Source: Erysipelotrichaceae bacterium (GTDB taxonomy: Bacteria; Bacillota_I; Bacilli_A; RFN20; CAG-826). From it: a stretch of DNA of 39,090 nt. Position 1 is the stretch's first letter. Every line of letters begins with the position of its first letter. The notes under the pieces were generated by a model. That model was not told the origin of the DNA. It saw only the letters and a program-made list of their open reading frames with translations, and did no database searches. The DNA lies in assembly GCA_031271635.1 (NCBI GenBank), contig JAISVG010000044.1, positions 1 through 39,090 of the forward strand. Direction: 5' to 3'. Below, piece after piece: positions 8,668 through 17,504 of this stretch. The translations under genes were made by a program, and so were the position numbers.

Positions 8668-11244
8668 ATGAAATACATGTCGAGCAATGAAATAAGAGAA
8701 ATGTGGCTGGACTTTTTTAAGAGTAAACAGCATCAAATAATTAAAAGTGCCTCCTTGATTCCGATTAATGATCCGAGTCTTCTTTGGATTAATTCTGGAA
8801 TAGCGGCGCTTAAAAAATACTTTGATGGTGAAAAAATCCCCCCATCAAGAAGATTAACCGATGTTCAAAAATGTATTCGGACCAATGATATTGAAAATGT
8901 TGGGAAAACCGACCGTCATCAGACTTTTTTTGAGATGATGGGCAATTTTTCAATTGGTGATTACTTCCGTAAAGAAGCCATTGAATTTGCCTTTGAAATT
9001 CTTACTAGTCAAACGTATTTTGCCTTTGAAATCGATAAAATCTATGTTACTTTTCATCCCAGCGATGAGGAAACTCGTCAACACTGGTTACGTCTTGGAT
9101 TAAAGGAAGATCATGTCATCCCGCTTGCTGGTAATTACTGGGAAATTGGTTCTGGTCCCGCTGGTCCGAACACCGAAGTCTTTTATGATCGCGGTCTTAA
9201 ATATGATCCAAATAATTTTGGGACCAAGTTACTAAAAGAAGAAATTGAAAACGATCGTTATATTGAAATCTGGGGCATTGTTTTTTCCCAGTTTAATGCT
9301 GTGGAAGGCGTTTCAAGAGAACAGTATCAGGAACTGCCCTTCAAAAACATTGATACCGGAGCGGGCCTTGAACGCTTTGCCTGTATTCTTCAGGGAACGG
9401 AATCAAATTTTGAAACCGACTTATTCTGGCCTATTATTAAGAAAATCGAAACTTTCTCAAAAGGAAGTTACTTTGATAATAAGGTCGCGTATCGCGTTAT
9501 TGCGGACCATACACGCGCGTGTGTATTTGCCTTATCTGATGGCGAAATCTTTGCTAAAGATGGTCGCGGCTATGTTTTAAGAAGACTTTTAAGACGGGCG
9601 ATGGTGTTTGCTAAGAAACTGGGAATCACGCGCCCCTTTTTAAGTGAATTAGTAACGAGTGTCATCACCGTGATGCAGCATTTTTATCCCGAACTAAAAG
9701 AACACGAGGCGAAGGTTAAACAATTAATCCTTGGTGAAGAAATCAGGTTTTTAAAAACCTTATCTAGTGGCCAAGAACTCTTAGACCAAATGATTGAGCG
9801 GCATGAAATAGTTGATGGGGCTGCCGTCTTTAAACTTCACGATACTTTTGGCTTCCCTTTTGAACTAAGTCAAGAACTGCTGCTTGAAAAAGGTCTTAGT
9901 TTTGATGTTAGTGAATTTCAAGCCTTGATGATTAAGCAAAAAGAAATGGCGCGCAATGCGAGAAATGAAATCGATTCAATGGGAAAACAGGCTCCTGATT
10001 ATTTGGCCTTTAAAACACCAAGCGAATATCTTGACCAAAAGCAGGTTCGGGCGTTAGTGACCGGACTCTTCATGAACGAAACTGCAGTCACCGAACTTGA
10101 TGAAAGTGGTGTTGTTGCGACTGACTATACTAATTTTTATGCTGAAAGTGGCGGTCAAGTAAGTGATCTTGGAACGATTAAAGGTCAAGATTTCTTAGCG
10201 GAAGTACCTGCAGTTTTTAAAGCTCCAAATGGGCAGCATTTCCACCGTATTAATGTCTTGTTTGGAACCATTAAGATTAAAGATAAAGTTCTGCTTCAAG
10301 TTGATTATCACCACAAAAATCTCGTGCGACGTCATCACTCGGCCGCTCACTTACTTCAAGGGGCCTTGGACCAAGTTCTAGGAATCTCAGCACGACAGAT
10401 GGGATCTAGTGTCACAAGCGAGTATTTACGCTTTGACTTTGGTTTTGATCGTGCTTTAACAAAAAAAGAATTATTTGATATTGAATATTTAGTAAATGAA
10501 GTTGTCGCCGCGAAACTTAAGGCCGAAATCAAAGTGATGGATCTTGAAGCGGCAAAGCAACAAGCGACAAAACATGTTTTTGATGATAAATATCAAGATC
10601 AAGTTCGTGTCGTGACCTTTAAAAATGTGTCTTCAGAATTCTGTGGCGGCTCTCATGTCAGTAATACTGAAGAAATTGGTCTTTTTAAAATTGTAAACGA
10701 AACCTCAATCGCAAGTGGAGTTCGCCGCATTGAAGCAAAAGCCTCACTCGCGGCATATCAATTCGTGCTTGAAGAAGAGGCCCACCTTAATCATGTCAGA
10801 ACCGAACTAAACGTGAAAAGTAATGCTGAACTTGCCTCAAAACTCACGGCTCATAAAAAGGAGCAACTGCGACTTGAAGCTGAGATTGTTACTTTAGAAA
10901 CTATTATTGCTAATAACTTAAAAGAAGCGGTAAAAAAGTCTTTAGTTATTAAAGATGGAATCAAGCTTTATTGTTACTTTACTAACCAAAAACTTGAACT
11001 TCTTAAGAACATGGTTGACGAACTTAAAAACGATTCTCAAGTAGTGGTGTTTCTTGCTAGTACGATGAACCGTCAAACGACTTTTCTTTTAGCTAGTAGT
11101 AATGATTTAGCTAAGGCAAGAAGTCTTTTTGAGTCACTAAAAGAAACATATTCGTTACTTGGCGGTGGGCGACCAACCTTCGTTCAAGGTAGCACTACTA
11201 AGGATCTAACTGGTATTGAAGCGAGGATTCTAGCGCTTTTATGA
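8668..11244 (+). CDS. alaS: alanine--tRNA ligase
   Basis: 858 aa with FF..KQH, RTNDIENVG.T.RH.TFFEM.GNFS.GDYF, the HSAAHLL editing motif and CGG(S)H. A TATAAT at 8655-8660 lies only 7 nt upstream of the ATG and there is no well-spaced SD. Confidence 0.95.
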   Translation: MKYMSSNEIREMWLDFFKSKQHQIIKSASLIPINDPSLLWINSGIAALKKYFDGEKIPPSRRLTDVQKCIRTNDIENVGKTDRHQTFFEMMGNFSIGDYFRKEAIEFAFEILTSQTYFAFEIDKIYVTFHPSDEETRQHWLRLGLKEDHVIPLAGNYWEIGSGPAGPNTEVFYDRGLKYDPNNFGTKLLKEEIENDRYIEIWGIVFSQFNAVEGVSREQYQELPFKNIDTGAGLERFACILQGTESNFETDLFWPIIKKIETFSKGSYFDNKVAYRVIADHTRACVFALSDGEIFAKDGRGYVLRRLLRRAMVFAKKLGITRPFLSELVTSVITVMQHFYPELKEHEAKVKQLILGEEIRFLKTLSSGQELLDQMIERHEIVDGAAVFKLHDTFGFPFELSQELLLEKGLSFDVSEFQALMIKQKEMARNARNEIDSMGKQAPDYLAFKTPSEYLDQKQVRALVTGLFMNETAVTELDESGVVATDYTNFYAESGGQVSDLGTIKGQDFLAEVPAVFKAPNGQHFHRINVLFGTIKIKDKVLLQVDYHHKNLVRRHHSAAHLLQGALDQVLGISARQMGSSVTSEYLRFDFGFDRALTKKELFDIEYLVNEVVAAKLKAEIKVMDLEAAKQQATKHVFDDKYQDQVRVVTFKNVSSEFCGGSHVSNTEEIGLFKIVNETSIASGVRRIEAKASLAAYQFVLEEEAHLNHVRTELNVKSNAELASKLTAHKKEQLRLEAEIVTLETIIANNLKEAVKKSLVIKDGIKLYCYFTNQKLELLKNMVDELKNDSQVVVFLASTMNRQTTFLLASSNDLAKARSLFESLKETYSLLGGGRPTFVQGSTTKDLTGIEARILALL

Positions 11245-11666
11245 TGGTTTTAGGCTTAGATTTAGGAACAAAGACGTTGGGAGTTGCGATTAATGATCCT
11301 GGCACTACCTTTTGTCATCCCTTAACCACGATTAGATTTAAAAGCAGTATGGTTAATACCAGTCTTGTAGTTTTAAAAGACATTGTTAAAGAGCATCAAG
11401 TTCAAGTAGTAGCCTTAGGCTATCCCCTAAACATGCAAGGAACCGAGTCCTTTATGTCACGACAAGTTTTAGCATTTAAAGCCCTTCTTGAGACCGAACT
11501 CGGGTTAAAAGTAGTCTTAATTGATGAACGTCTCACTTCTATCATGGCGAATAAAAATCTCCGTGCTGCCGAGGCGTCTTTAGCGCGGAGGAAAGAATGT
11601 GTTGATGAAGTTGCTGCTTGTTTAATTCTTGATACATATTTGAGGAGTGTTAATTATGAACCATAA
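11241..11666 (+). CDS. ruvX: YqgF/RuvX putative pre-16S rRNA nuclease / Holliday junction resolvase-like
   Basis: 141 aa with LGLDLGTKTLGVA at the N-terminus and DERLTS. ATGA overlap with the alaS stop. Conserved alaS-ruvX synteny. Confidence 0.9.
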   Translation: MMVLGLDLGTKTLGVAINDPGTTFCHPLTTIRFKSSMVNTSLVVLKDIVKEHQVQVVALGYPLNMQGTESFMSRQVLAFKALLETELGLKVVLIDERLTSIMANKNLRAAEASLARRKECVDEVAACLILDTYLRSVNYEP

Positions 11667-11892
11667 CCATGTGCTTGTGGCAATTGATGGTATTGACCAT
11701 GAATTTGAAGTGATTTTTAGTGTTAAAGTTGCGGATAGTAATCTTGAGATTTTTTATATGACACCACTATTAGATCCTGGGACCATTTTGGCTTTTAAAG
11801 TATTAAACGATAGTTTTGTCATCCTTAATGATGAAGAAGAAACCCTCGCACAAGAAATCTATCTACAATATCAAAAGGAGTTTAATGAGTAA
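11656..11892 (+). CDS. DUF1292-family small acidic protein (YrzB-like)
   Basis: 78 aa. SD GAGGAG at 11642-11647 lies 8 nt before ATG 11656. The position after ruvX and the acidic C-terminal half fit DUF1292. The family call is from memory of the pattern. Confidence 0.6.
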   Translation: MNHNHVLVAIDGIDHEFEVIFSVKVADSNLEIFYMTPLLDPGTILAFKVLNDSFVILNDEEETLAQEIYLQYQKEFNE

Positions 11893-12958
11893 GAAACTTT
11901 TCTTCACTACTGTTTCGTTTGCTGCCACCTTGGTCCTTGTTTCGGTGGTCGCAAATATTCCCGTGGTGCGAAGTTTCCTTACGGGACCATTAACACTTGA
12001 GGTTTATAACGAGAAAAAGGAATTGGTTCATGAGACCACAGTTAGATATGGGAGTAGTTACAAGATTCCACAGGTTTACTATGATTCCCTGCCTAAGACT
12101 TATGTTGAAACAATTTATTTTAATACCTTAAAAGGGTGGGACCAAGATCTCACCATGATTAAGCGTCCCCTTAAAGTATTCCCACTTTACGAAGCTAAAG
12201 AGATGTTGGAGATTAGATATGATAAAGTTTATTTCGATATTCAAGGCTTTAAAGAAGAGTATCAGAATAATTACGAAATTACAAAGTTAGTGATTCCAGG
12301 TACCATTACCCACGAAGGCACTAACAAACGTCTGGCCACCGTAAAAACCAATGCTTTTTTAGATAATCCTTTTCTTGAACATATTGAGTTCTTACCATTT
12401 CAAAAAGAAGCCGAGTACCGCAAAGTAATTATTGAAAGCAAAGCTTTTATCAAGATGGCTCGTTTAAAAACTATTATTTTTTCCGAAAATGTAAAGGATT
12501 TAGGACATCAAGCTATTATCAATAATCTCTTGCTAGAAAAGATTGTTTTTAAGGCGACATCATTTGAAAGTATTGGACATGAAGTTTTCTCAAACCTCCC
12601 GGCATTAAAAGAAATAGTGTTACCTAGTGATATCGAAGCGATTTCTAACAATATGTTTTATAAGTGCAGTAGTCTTACTAATATTGGGTATCTAAGAAAG
12701 TTATTGCGACTTAGTTATAGTATCTTTAATCTTTGTGAGAAGATGGAGTGGTTTATCATTCCTTCTGGCGTTACTTTTGAACAACCAACAAAGGTGTTTT
12801 TAGGATCGCCATCGAGTCTAGTTTTATTTGTCGTTGAAAATGACGATGTGAGAAATCTTAGTTCTGACTGGAATAAAAATGGGATAAATAATCTTAGATG
12901 TTATTATGAAGGAGAATGGTATTTTGATGAGGCCTTACAAGCTCCGGTACCTAAATAG
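11885..12958 (+). CDS. membrane-anchored BspA-type leucine-rich-repeat surface protein
   Basis: Start at ATG 11885 (MSKKLFFTT..) with AAGGAG upstream. N-terminal TM helix, a segment resembling a Listeria-Bacteroides repeat (..LKGWDQD..VFPLYEA), then LRR_5-like repeats (aF..c..L..i.lP..i..I...aF). C-terminus is EWYFDEALQAPVPK. Confidence 0.7.
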   Translation: MSKKLFFTTVSFAATLVLVSVVANIPVVRSFLTGPLTLEVYNEKKELVHETTVRYGSSYKIPQVYYDSLPKTYVETIYFNTLKGWDQDLTMIKRPLKVFPLYEAKEMLEIRYDKVYFDIQGFKEEYQNNYEITKLVIPGTITHEGTNKRLATVKTNAFLDNPFLEHIEFLPFQKEAEYRKVIIESKAFIKMARLKTIIFSENVKDLGHQAIINNLLLEKIVFKATSFESIGHEVFSNLPALKEIVLPSDIEAISNNMFYKCSSLTNIGYLRKLLRLSYSIFNLCEKMEWFIIPSGVTFEQPTKVFLGSPSSLVLFVVENDDVRNLSSDWNKNGINNLRCYYEGEWYFDEALQAPVPK

Positions 12959-12960
12959 TA

Positions 12961-14061
12961 ATGAAACGACGTATTAGTGGCGTGTTAATTTCGATCTTTG
13001 CGGTTGTTTCCCTTTGCCTTGGGAGTTTTATGATTATGATCACAACTGGCTCCCTATATGACATTTTTAATATTAGTGTGACCGCTTCTTTTTATGATTA
13101 TGAAGCAAATCTAATCTATGAAGAAACCGGAATTCGATACGGACAAGGTGTGAATTCATTACCTGATGTCAGCGCCCTTAAACGTCCTGACTTAAACGGC
13201 TCCCGTTATGAATTTAGTCGCTGGGATAAATCACATAGTAATTTAAGAATTGATACGGCCTTTTTCCCGCTTTATGAGGCTGATTTCTTATTTGAATTTA
13301 TCCTTCGGGGACAGCGATATGATTTTTCAGGTATTGATTCTGAGTATCAAGGAACCATTAAAGAATTTGTGTTTCCTGATGTAATTCAAGTTGCAGGGGC
13401 GAAACGACATCTTCACGTTATTGATAGTGACTCCTTTAATGGTGATACAAGCATTGAATCAATTGCTTTTCAGGTCCCAGGGAATAGTTTTGACCGTGAA
13501 GAATATGTCGTTCGTTTAGGTTATAACACCTTTGCATACGCTCAAGCACTGCGAGAAATTATCTTTCCCTCAACAATGTTTTTTGAATATGCGGCCTCCA
13601 GTAACTTTGCGCATACTGAAAATCTAGAGAGAGTGGTTTTCCCGATGAATCTTGATGTCATCAGCGATTTAGCTTTTAATGATTCAGGAATTATCTCTTT
13701 GGAGAATGTCGATCATATAAAAACTATTAAGAGACAGGCTTTTGGCAATACCAAAAGGTTTAAAGGTACTTATTTTAGGAATTTGAGTTTTTTAGGAGAC
13801 AATGCGTTTTATAATGCCTCCGCTCTTGAATGGCTGATTATTCCTAAGGACTGTCGGTTTGAAAACGAGAACATGCATATTGGATATAACGCTAATCCGG
13901 AATTGCAACTCTTCATTGATGATATTCGCGGTGATGCTTATGTTGATTCACTACCAAGTGAAAACTGGAAGAAGCGTAATAGTAATGAGACTTTTGCAGT
14001 CTATTATCAAAACGAATGGTATTTTGACCAAACTCTTAATCGTCCAGTACCACTTATTTAA
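12961..14061 (+). CDS. membrane-anchored BspA-type leucine-rich-repeat surface protein (tandem paralog)
   Basis: Same architecture as 11885-12958: TM helix, YEFSRWDKS..FFPLYEA, LRR_5-like repeats and C-terminal EWYFDQTLNRPVPLI. Confidence 0.7.
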   Translation: MKRRISGVLISIFAVVSLCLGSFMIMITTGSLYDIFNISVTASFYDYEANLIYEETGIRYGQGVNSLPDVSALKRPDLNGSRYEFSRWDKSHSNLRIDTAFFPLYEADFLFEFILRGQRYDFSGIDSEYQGTIKEFVFPDVIQVAGAKRHLHVIDSDSFNGDTSIESIAFQVPGNSFDREEYVVRLGYNTFAYAQALREIIFPSTMFFEYAASSNFAHTENLERVVFPMNLDVISDLAFNDSGIISLENVDHIKTIKRQAFGNTKRFKGTYFRNLSFLGDNAFYNASALEWLIIPKDCRFENENMHIGYNANPELQLFIDDIRGDAYVDSLPSENWKKRNSNETFAVYYQNEWYFDQTLNRPVPLI

Positions 14062-14968
14062 CTTTAATCCAAGTATCTAAGTATTTTGCGTCTTTTTCTG
14101 GAAGTACCAAACGTTCGCCCCAGGCACGATCAACTTCATTAAGATTCTTACTAACTCCAGCACTTGGAGTAAAGGTTAGTTCACCAAAATAAAGGACATT
14201 ATTAAGGATATAAAAATCAACGCGGACAAACGGAATTCCTGTGGACAAAGCTCGTGCTAGTTGGTAGAGTTCTGATAAATTAGGCGGGGGAACTAGTTTA
14301 AAATCAGGAGGAGCTTTCTTACCATCAGAATTAATTCGGAGGAGATTCCATGCAGGATCTACCAGATATTTTGTGGCTTTTCCAGTTTCAGCATCACGGT
14401 TTTGACAAACCATTGTCGCGACTGGTTCCCCATTAATGCAATAGACTTTAAGATCATCAGGTAGTTCGCCATTTTCAAGGAGAAGCGGCTCAACGAGAAT
14501 CTTTCTTTTGATATTTCGGTATTGAATTTCAGCCCCACTAGCAGCGATACTGTAGTCTTTGCGCATGAATCTTGCCATTTTCTGACGGGCTTTCTTTTGG
14601 TCTAACTCATCTTTATTAAAACAGATAATATTGGTGGCATAGCCGTGGTTAGTCTTCATCGCAAATTGTTGTGGAAGAGCTTTAAAATCAATGTCTTTGG
14701 CCTGTTCATAGACAGCAAGATTTTTAATCACATAACGTTCAAAACCATTTTTAATCAGTAATTCCTTGATTAAAACTTTGTCACTACACTGACTCATAAA
14801 TTCATGATCGGAGTAAAGTTTGAGCCACATTAATTTTTCACTAAACAAGGTTGGATGTTTTAAATTTAACTTTCGTTTCATTACGAAGCGATATAGAAGT
14901 CTGGTCGCCCATGTAAAGGAAAATAAGGTCACGAACCTGACAATAAATTTCCCGATTTTCCGTTTCAC
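14054..14968 (-). CDS. TupA-like ATP-grasp family protein
   Basis: 304 aa. The N-terminal block KRKLNLKHPTLFSEKLMWLKLY..SDKVLIKE matches the characteristic start of the TupA-like ATP-grasp family, recalled from memory. The start is GTG at 14968, 6 nt after a TATAAT, so the start is uncertain. Confidence 0.65.
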   Translation of the reverse strand: MKRKIGKFIVRFVTLFSFTWATRLLYRFVMKRKLNLKHPTLFSEKLMWLKLYSDHEFMSQCSDKVLIKELLIKNGFERYVIKNLAVYEQAKDIDFKALPQQFAMKTNHGYATNIICFNKDELDQKKARQKMARFMRKDYSIAASGAEIQYRNIKRKILVEPLLLENGELPDDLKVYCINGEPVATMVCQNRDAETGKATKYLVDPAWNLLRINSDGKKAPPDFKLVPPPNLSELYQLARALSTGIPFVRVDFYILNNVLYFGELTFTPSAGVSKNLNEVDRAWGERLVLPEKDAKYLDTWIKVK

Positions 14969-15000
14969 GATGTTATTATAGCAGAAAATAGTCCCACTAA

Positions 15001-15552
15001 TTAGATGAGAACAATTAGTGAAATAACTCCAGAGAAGAGGACGAGGAATAATGGTGACATCTCTTTTTTCTTGATGAGGCGGTGACCAAAGTAAAGGATG
15101 AGAATGATGGGGTAAACTTTGATTAAATCTTGATAACTTGAACTTTCCACCAAGAAGAGATCTTTAATCATTATTACTCCAACCATTAAGATTAAACTAA
15201 TGACCACTGGTCTTAAGAAGGCAAAGAGTTGTTCTACTACTTCTTTTTTAAGAATTCTTTTTAGCAGGAGCGTAATAACAATCGTTCCGAGAATTGAAGG
15301 AAGAACCATTCCTAATACCGCGATAATCGAACCAAAAACCCCGCCGACATTACTTCCAACGAATGTTGCGATATCAGTGGCAAAAGGGCCAGGAAGAAGC
15401 TCACTGATGGAAAGGAAGTCATAAATGGCTTCTAGCGTCATAAGATTACTACTAACGAGTTCATCAATGAGAAAGGGGATCATGGCTTGACCACCGCCAA
15501 TCGTCATAATGGAGACTTTAAAAAAGACCCAAAAAAGCATTAGGTACTTCAT
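15001..15552 (-). CDS. chromate transporter (CHR) family protein, half-size, second of a pair
   Basis: 183 aa, polytopic, with a FKVS..T.GGGQAMIP motif. 4-nt overlap with the upstream partner. Confidence 0.8.
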   Translation of the reverse strand: MKYLMLFWVFFKVSIMTIGGGQAMIPFLIDELVSSNLMTLEAIYDFLSISELLPGPFATDIATFVGSNVGGVFGSIIAVLGMVLPSILGTIVITLLLKRILKKEVVEQLFAFLRPVVISLILMVGVIMIKDLFLVESSSYQDLIKVYPIILILYFGHRLIKKKEMSPLFLVLFSGVISLIVLI

Positions 15553-16115
15553 AATAAAGACCTCGTTTTCTTAAATAAAGAAAGCACAATGAAAATCAGG
15601 AGCGTGCCAAGAATATAAAAGATAAAGGAAACTGTGATGTCAAGAATCGTAAAAAGAATCACTAAAGCGATGACAAGAATCATTAAGACGATATTAAGCC
15701 ATTTTAGTTTTAGTTGCTTAATCATCTGACAGGCCGTGCTAATCAGAATAATTGAGAAGGCACACTTCATTCCTAAAAGGAAATAATTAATCCATTCAAA
15801 GCCGAGGATGTAATTATAAAGAAGAGTTAAAAGACTGATGATAATGAGGCTTGGGAGGGTGATCCCAAGTAAAGAAACAAAGGCTCCAAAAACCCCTTTG
15901 ATGGTAAAACCAACATTTAGGGCTAGATTAATCGACATTGGTCCTGGGATGCTTTGCGAGATGGTGAGGATTTTTACAAAATCATTTTCGCTTAGGATGC
16001 CTTTTTTTGTCACAACTTCTTTCTTGATAAATGGGAGCATTATGTGCCCTCCACCTAAAGTAAGAAAAGAAATTCGAAAAAAAAGTAAAAAGAGAATCAG
16101 CGACTTATTTTTCAT
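15549..16115 (-). CDS. chromate transporter (CHR) family protein, half-size, first of a pair
   Basis: 188 aa, polytopic, with a FFRISFLTLGGGHIMLPF motif. Confidence 0.8.
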   Translation of the reverse strand: MKNKSLILFLLFFRISFLTLGGGHIMLPFIKKEVVTKKGILSENDFVKILTISQSIPGPMSINLALNVGFTIKGVFGAFVSLLGITLPSLIIISLLTLLYNYILGFEWINYFLLGMKCAFSIILISTACQMIKQLKLKWLNIVLMILVIALVILFTILDITVSFIFYILGTLLIFIVLSLFKKTRSLL

Positions 16116-16122
16116 AAAGTTC

Positions 16123-16151
16123 TTGATTATACCTCCGACCTATGATATTAT
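16123..16151 (+). promoter_or_regulatory. greA promoter
   Basis: TTGATT at 16123-16128, 17-nt spacer, extended -10 TGATATTAT at 16143-16151. SD AAAGGAGG lies downstream. Confidence 0.5.
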
Positions 16152-16181
16152 AACAAAAGACTTAAAAAGGAGGACAAAGAA

Positions 16182-16898
16182 ATGATAACGAAAACACAAG
16201 CGCCACAAGAGGCGAAAATTGATTCAGTGTTTCTATCTTTAAGGCCCGTAAAAGAAAAAATGGCCGCGGATCTTAAAAAAGAATTAAAGCCCCTTCTTAT
16301 GAAAATGGATGATTTGACACAAAACGGTTTATTCTTGACTCATGAGTATTCAAAGACCTTACAAAATGAATACCGCAATATTATTGATGTCCAAATTCCG
16401 ACGACAAAAGAAGAACTAAAGGCCGCAAGAGAAAACGGTGATCTATCGGAAAATGCCGATTATACTTTTGCAAGAGAAAAACTCGGACGACTTGAAGGAC
16501 GAGTTCTTGATATTGATGCGATTTTTAAAGATCACGTGGCAAAAGATATTGCCAGCGAACGAAAACAAATCGCTGATGAGGTTTTGAAACTACTAGATAA
16601 GTATCAACCCCATTTTAAGAGCAAAGGGAAGCATAACGAATTCGCTGCTTGTCAAGCTGAGGTGAGTGATTTTATTGCTCCAGCAGCTTGCGTGACTTCA
16701 AGAGTTAAAATTCTTCTTAAAGGAGTGAAAGTTGATTACATGCTCGTTACTTCGGTAGAAACTGACACCATTAACGGCAAGATTTCGGCTTCAAGTTCTT
16801 TAGGTAAAGCTCTTTTAGGAAAGAAAGTTGGCGAAAAGACCACTTACAAAAACCCGAAGGGTGAAGACATTACAATTACGTTATTAGAGATTAATTAA
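16182..16898 (+). CDS. greA: GreA-family transcript cleavage factor, atypically long (238 aa)
   Basis: Coiled-coil tip motif AARENGDLSENADY and C-terminal domain GKISASSSLGKALLGKKVGE..ITLLEI. About 48 extra N-terminal residues and a roughly 50-aa insert between the two domains. Confidence 0.75.
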   Translation: MITKTQAPQEAKIDSVFLSLRPVKEKMAADLKKELKPLLMKMDDLTQNGLFLTHEYSKTLQNEYRNIIDVQIPTTKEELKAARENGDLSENADYTFAREKLGRLEGRVLDIDAIFKDHVAKDIASERKQIADEVLKLLDKYQPHFKSKGKHNEFAACQAEVSDFIAPAACVTSRVKILLKGVKVDYMLVTSVETDTINGKISASSSLGKALLGKKVGEKTTYKNPKGEDITITLLEIN

Positions 16899-16918
16899 TC
16901 ATTTAGTTGCAAATAAAG

Positions 16919-16945
16919 AGTATTAAGTAATTTAATACTTTTTTT
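16919..16945 (+). terminator. intrinsic terminator after greA
   Basis: Perfect 8-bp stem AGTATTAA/TTAATACT with a 5-nt loop, followed by TTTTTT. Confidence 0.6.
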
Positions 16946-16982
16946 GTTTAGATGACTCGCTATTAGAAGATAGTGGGTAGAT

Positions 16983-17504
16983 ATGTTTAAAATTATTATT
17001 GCGATTGTAGCACTGACGATTGTCGGGATTGTGGTTTTATTAGCGGTTGATCCAAATCAAGCGACTCCGCTTGAACCACTAACGGAGGTAAGTCTAGCAT
17101 CAGTTACTATTGAAGGCGAAGTGATGCGACAAGGAAGTTATCCATATAAGGAAAACTATACTTTAGGTAATTTGATTAATGATGCTGGTGGGATCACCAC
17201 TAATGCTGATGAACTAGCCTTCTTTTATGATTTAGCTTTGTCAAAAGGCACTACTTATTACATTGCCCCAAAATACGATGTTAATGATGTTTGTGGCGAC
17301 GCCCCAATTGTTAAGGTCAATGTTAATGCTGATAGTGCGACGGATCTTGCAACGATTAATGGAATTTCATCTTCGATTGCTAGTGCGATTGTCTCGTACC
17401 GGGCGAGTAACCGCATTGATTCACTTGAAGAACTAATTGAAGTTAAAGGTATCGGAAGTGCGACTTATAATAAAGTAAGAAATTATGTAATCCTTCATGT
17501 CTAA
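16983..17504 (+). CDS. comEA: ComEA-type DNA receptor (TM anchor, SLBB-like region, helix-hairpin-helix)
   Basis: 173 aa with an N-terminal TM helix and a C-terminal HhH (VNVNADSATDLATINGIS..IA..IV.YR...LEELIEVKGIG..TY). Confidence 0.85.
   Translation: MFKIIIAIVALTIVGIVVLLAVDPNQATPLEPLTEVSLASVTIEGEVMRQGSYPYKENYTLGNLINDAGGITTNADELAFFYDLALSKGTTYYIAPKYDVNDVCGDAPIVKVNVNADSATDLATINGISSSIASAIVSYRASNRIDSLEELIEVKGIGSATYNKVRNYVILHV

Noticed and set aside
15001-16115. Split chromate-transporter pair as something unusual.
   Set aside because: Half-size CHR proteins encoded as adjacent overlapping pairs are a well-known arrangement in Firmicutes.
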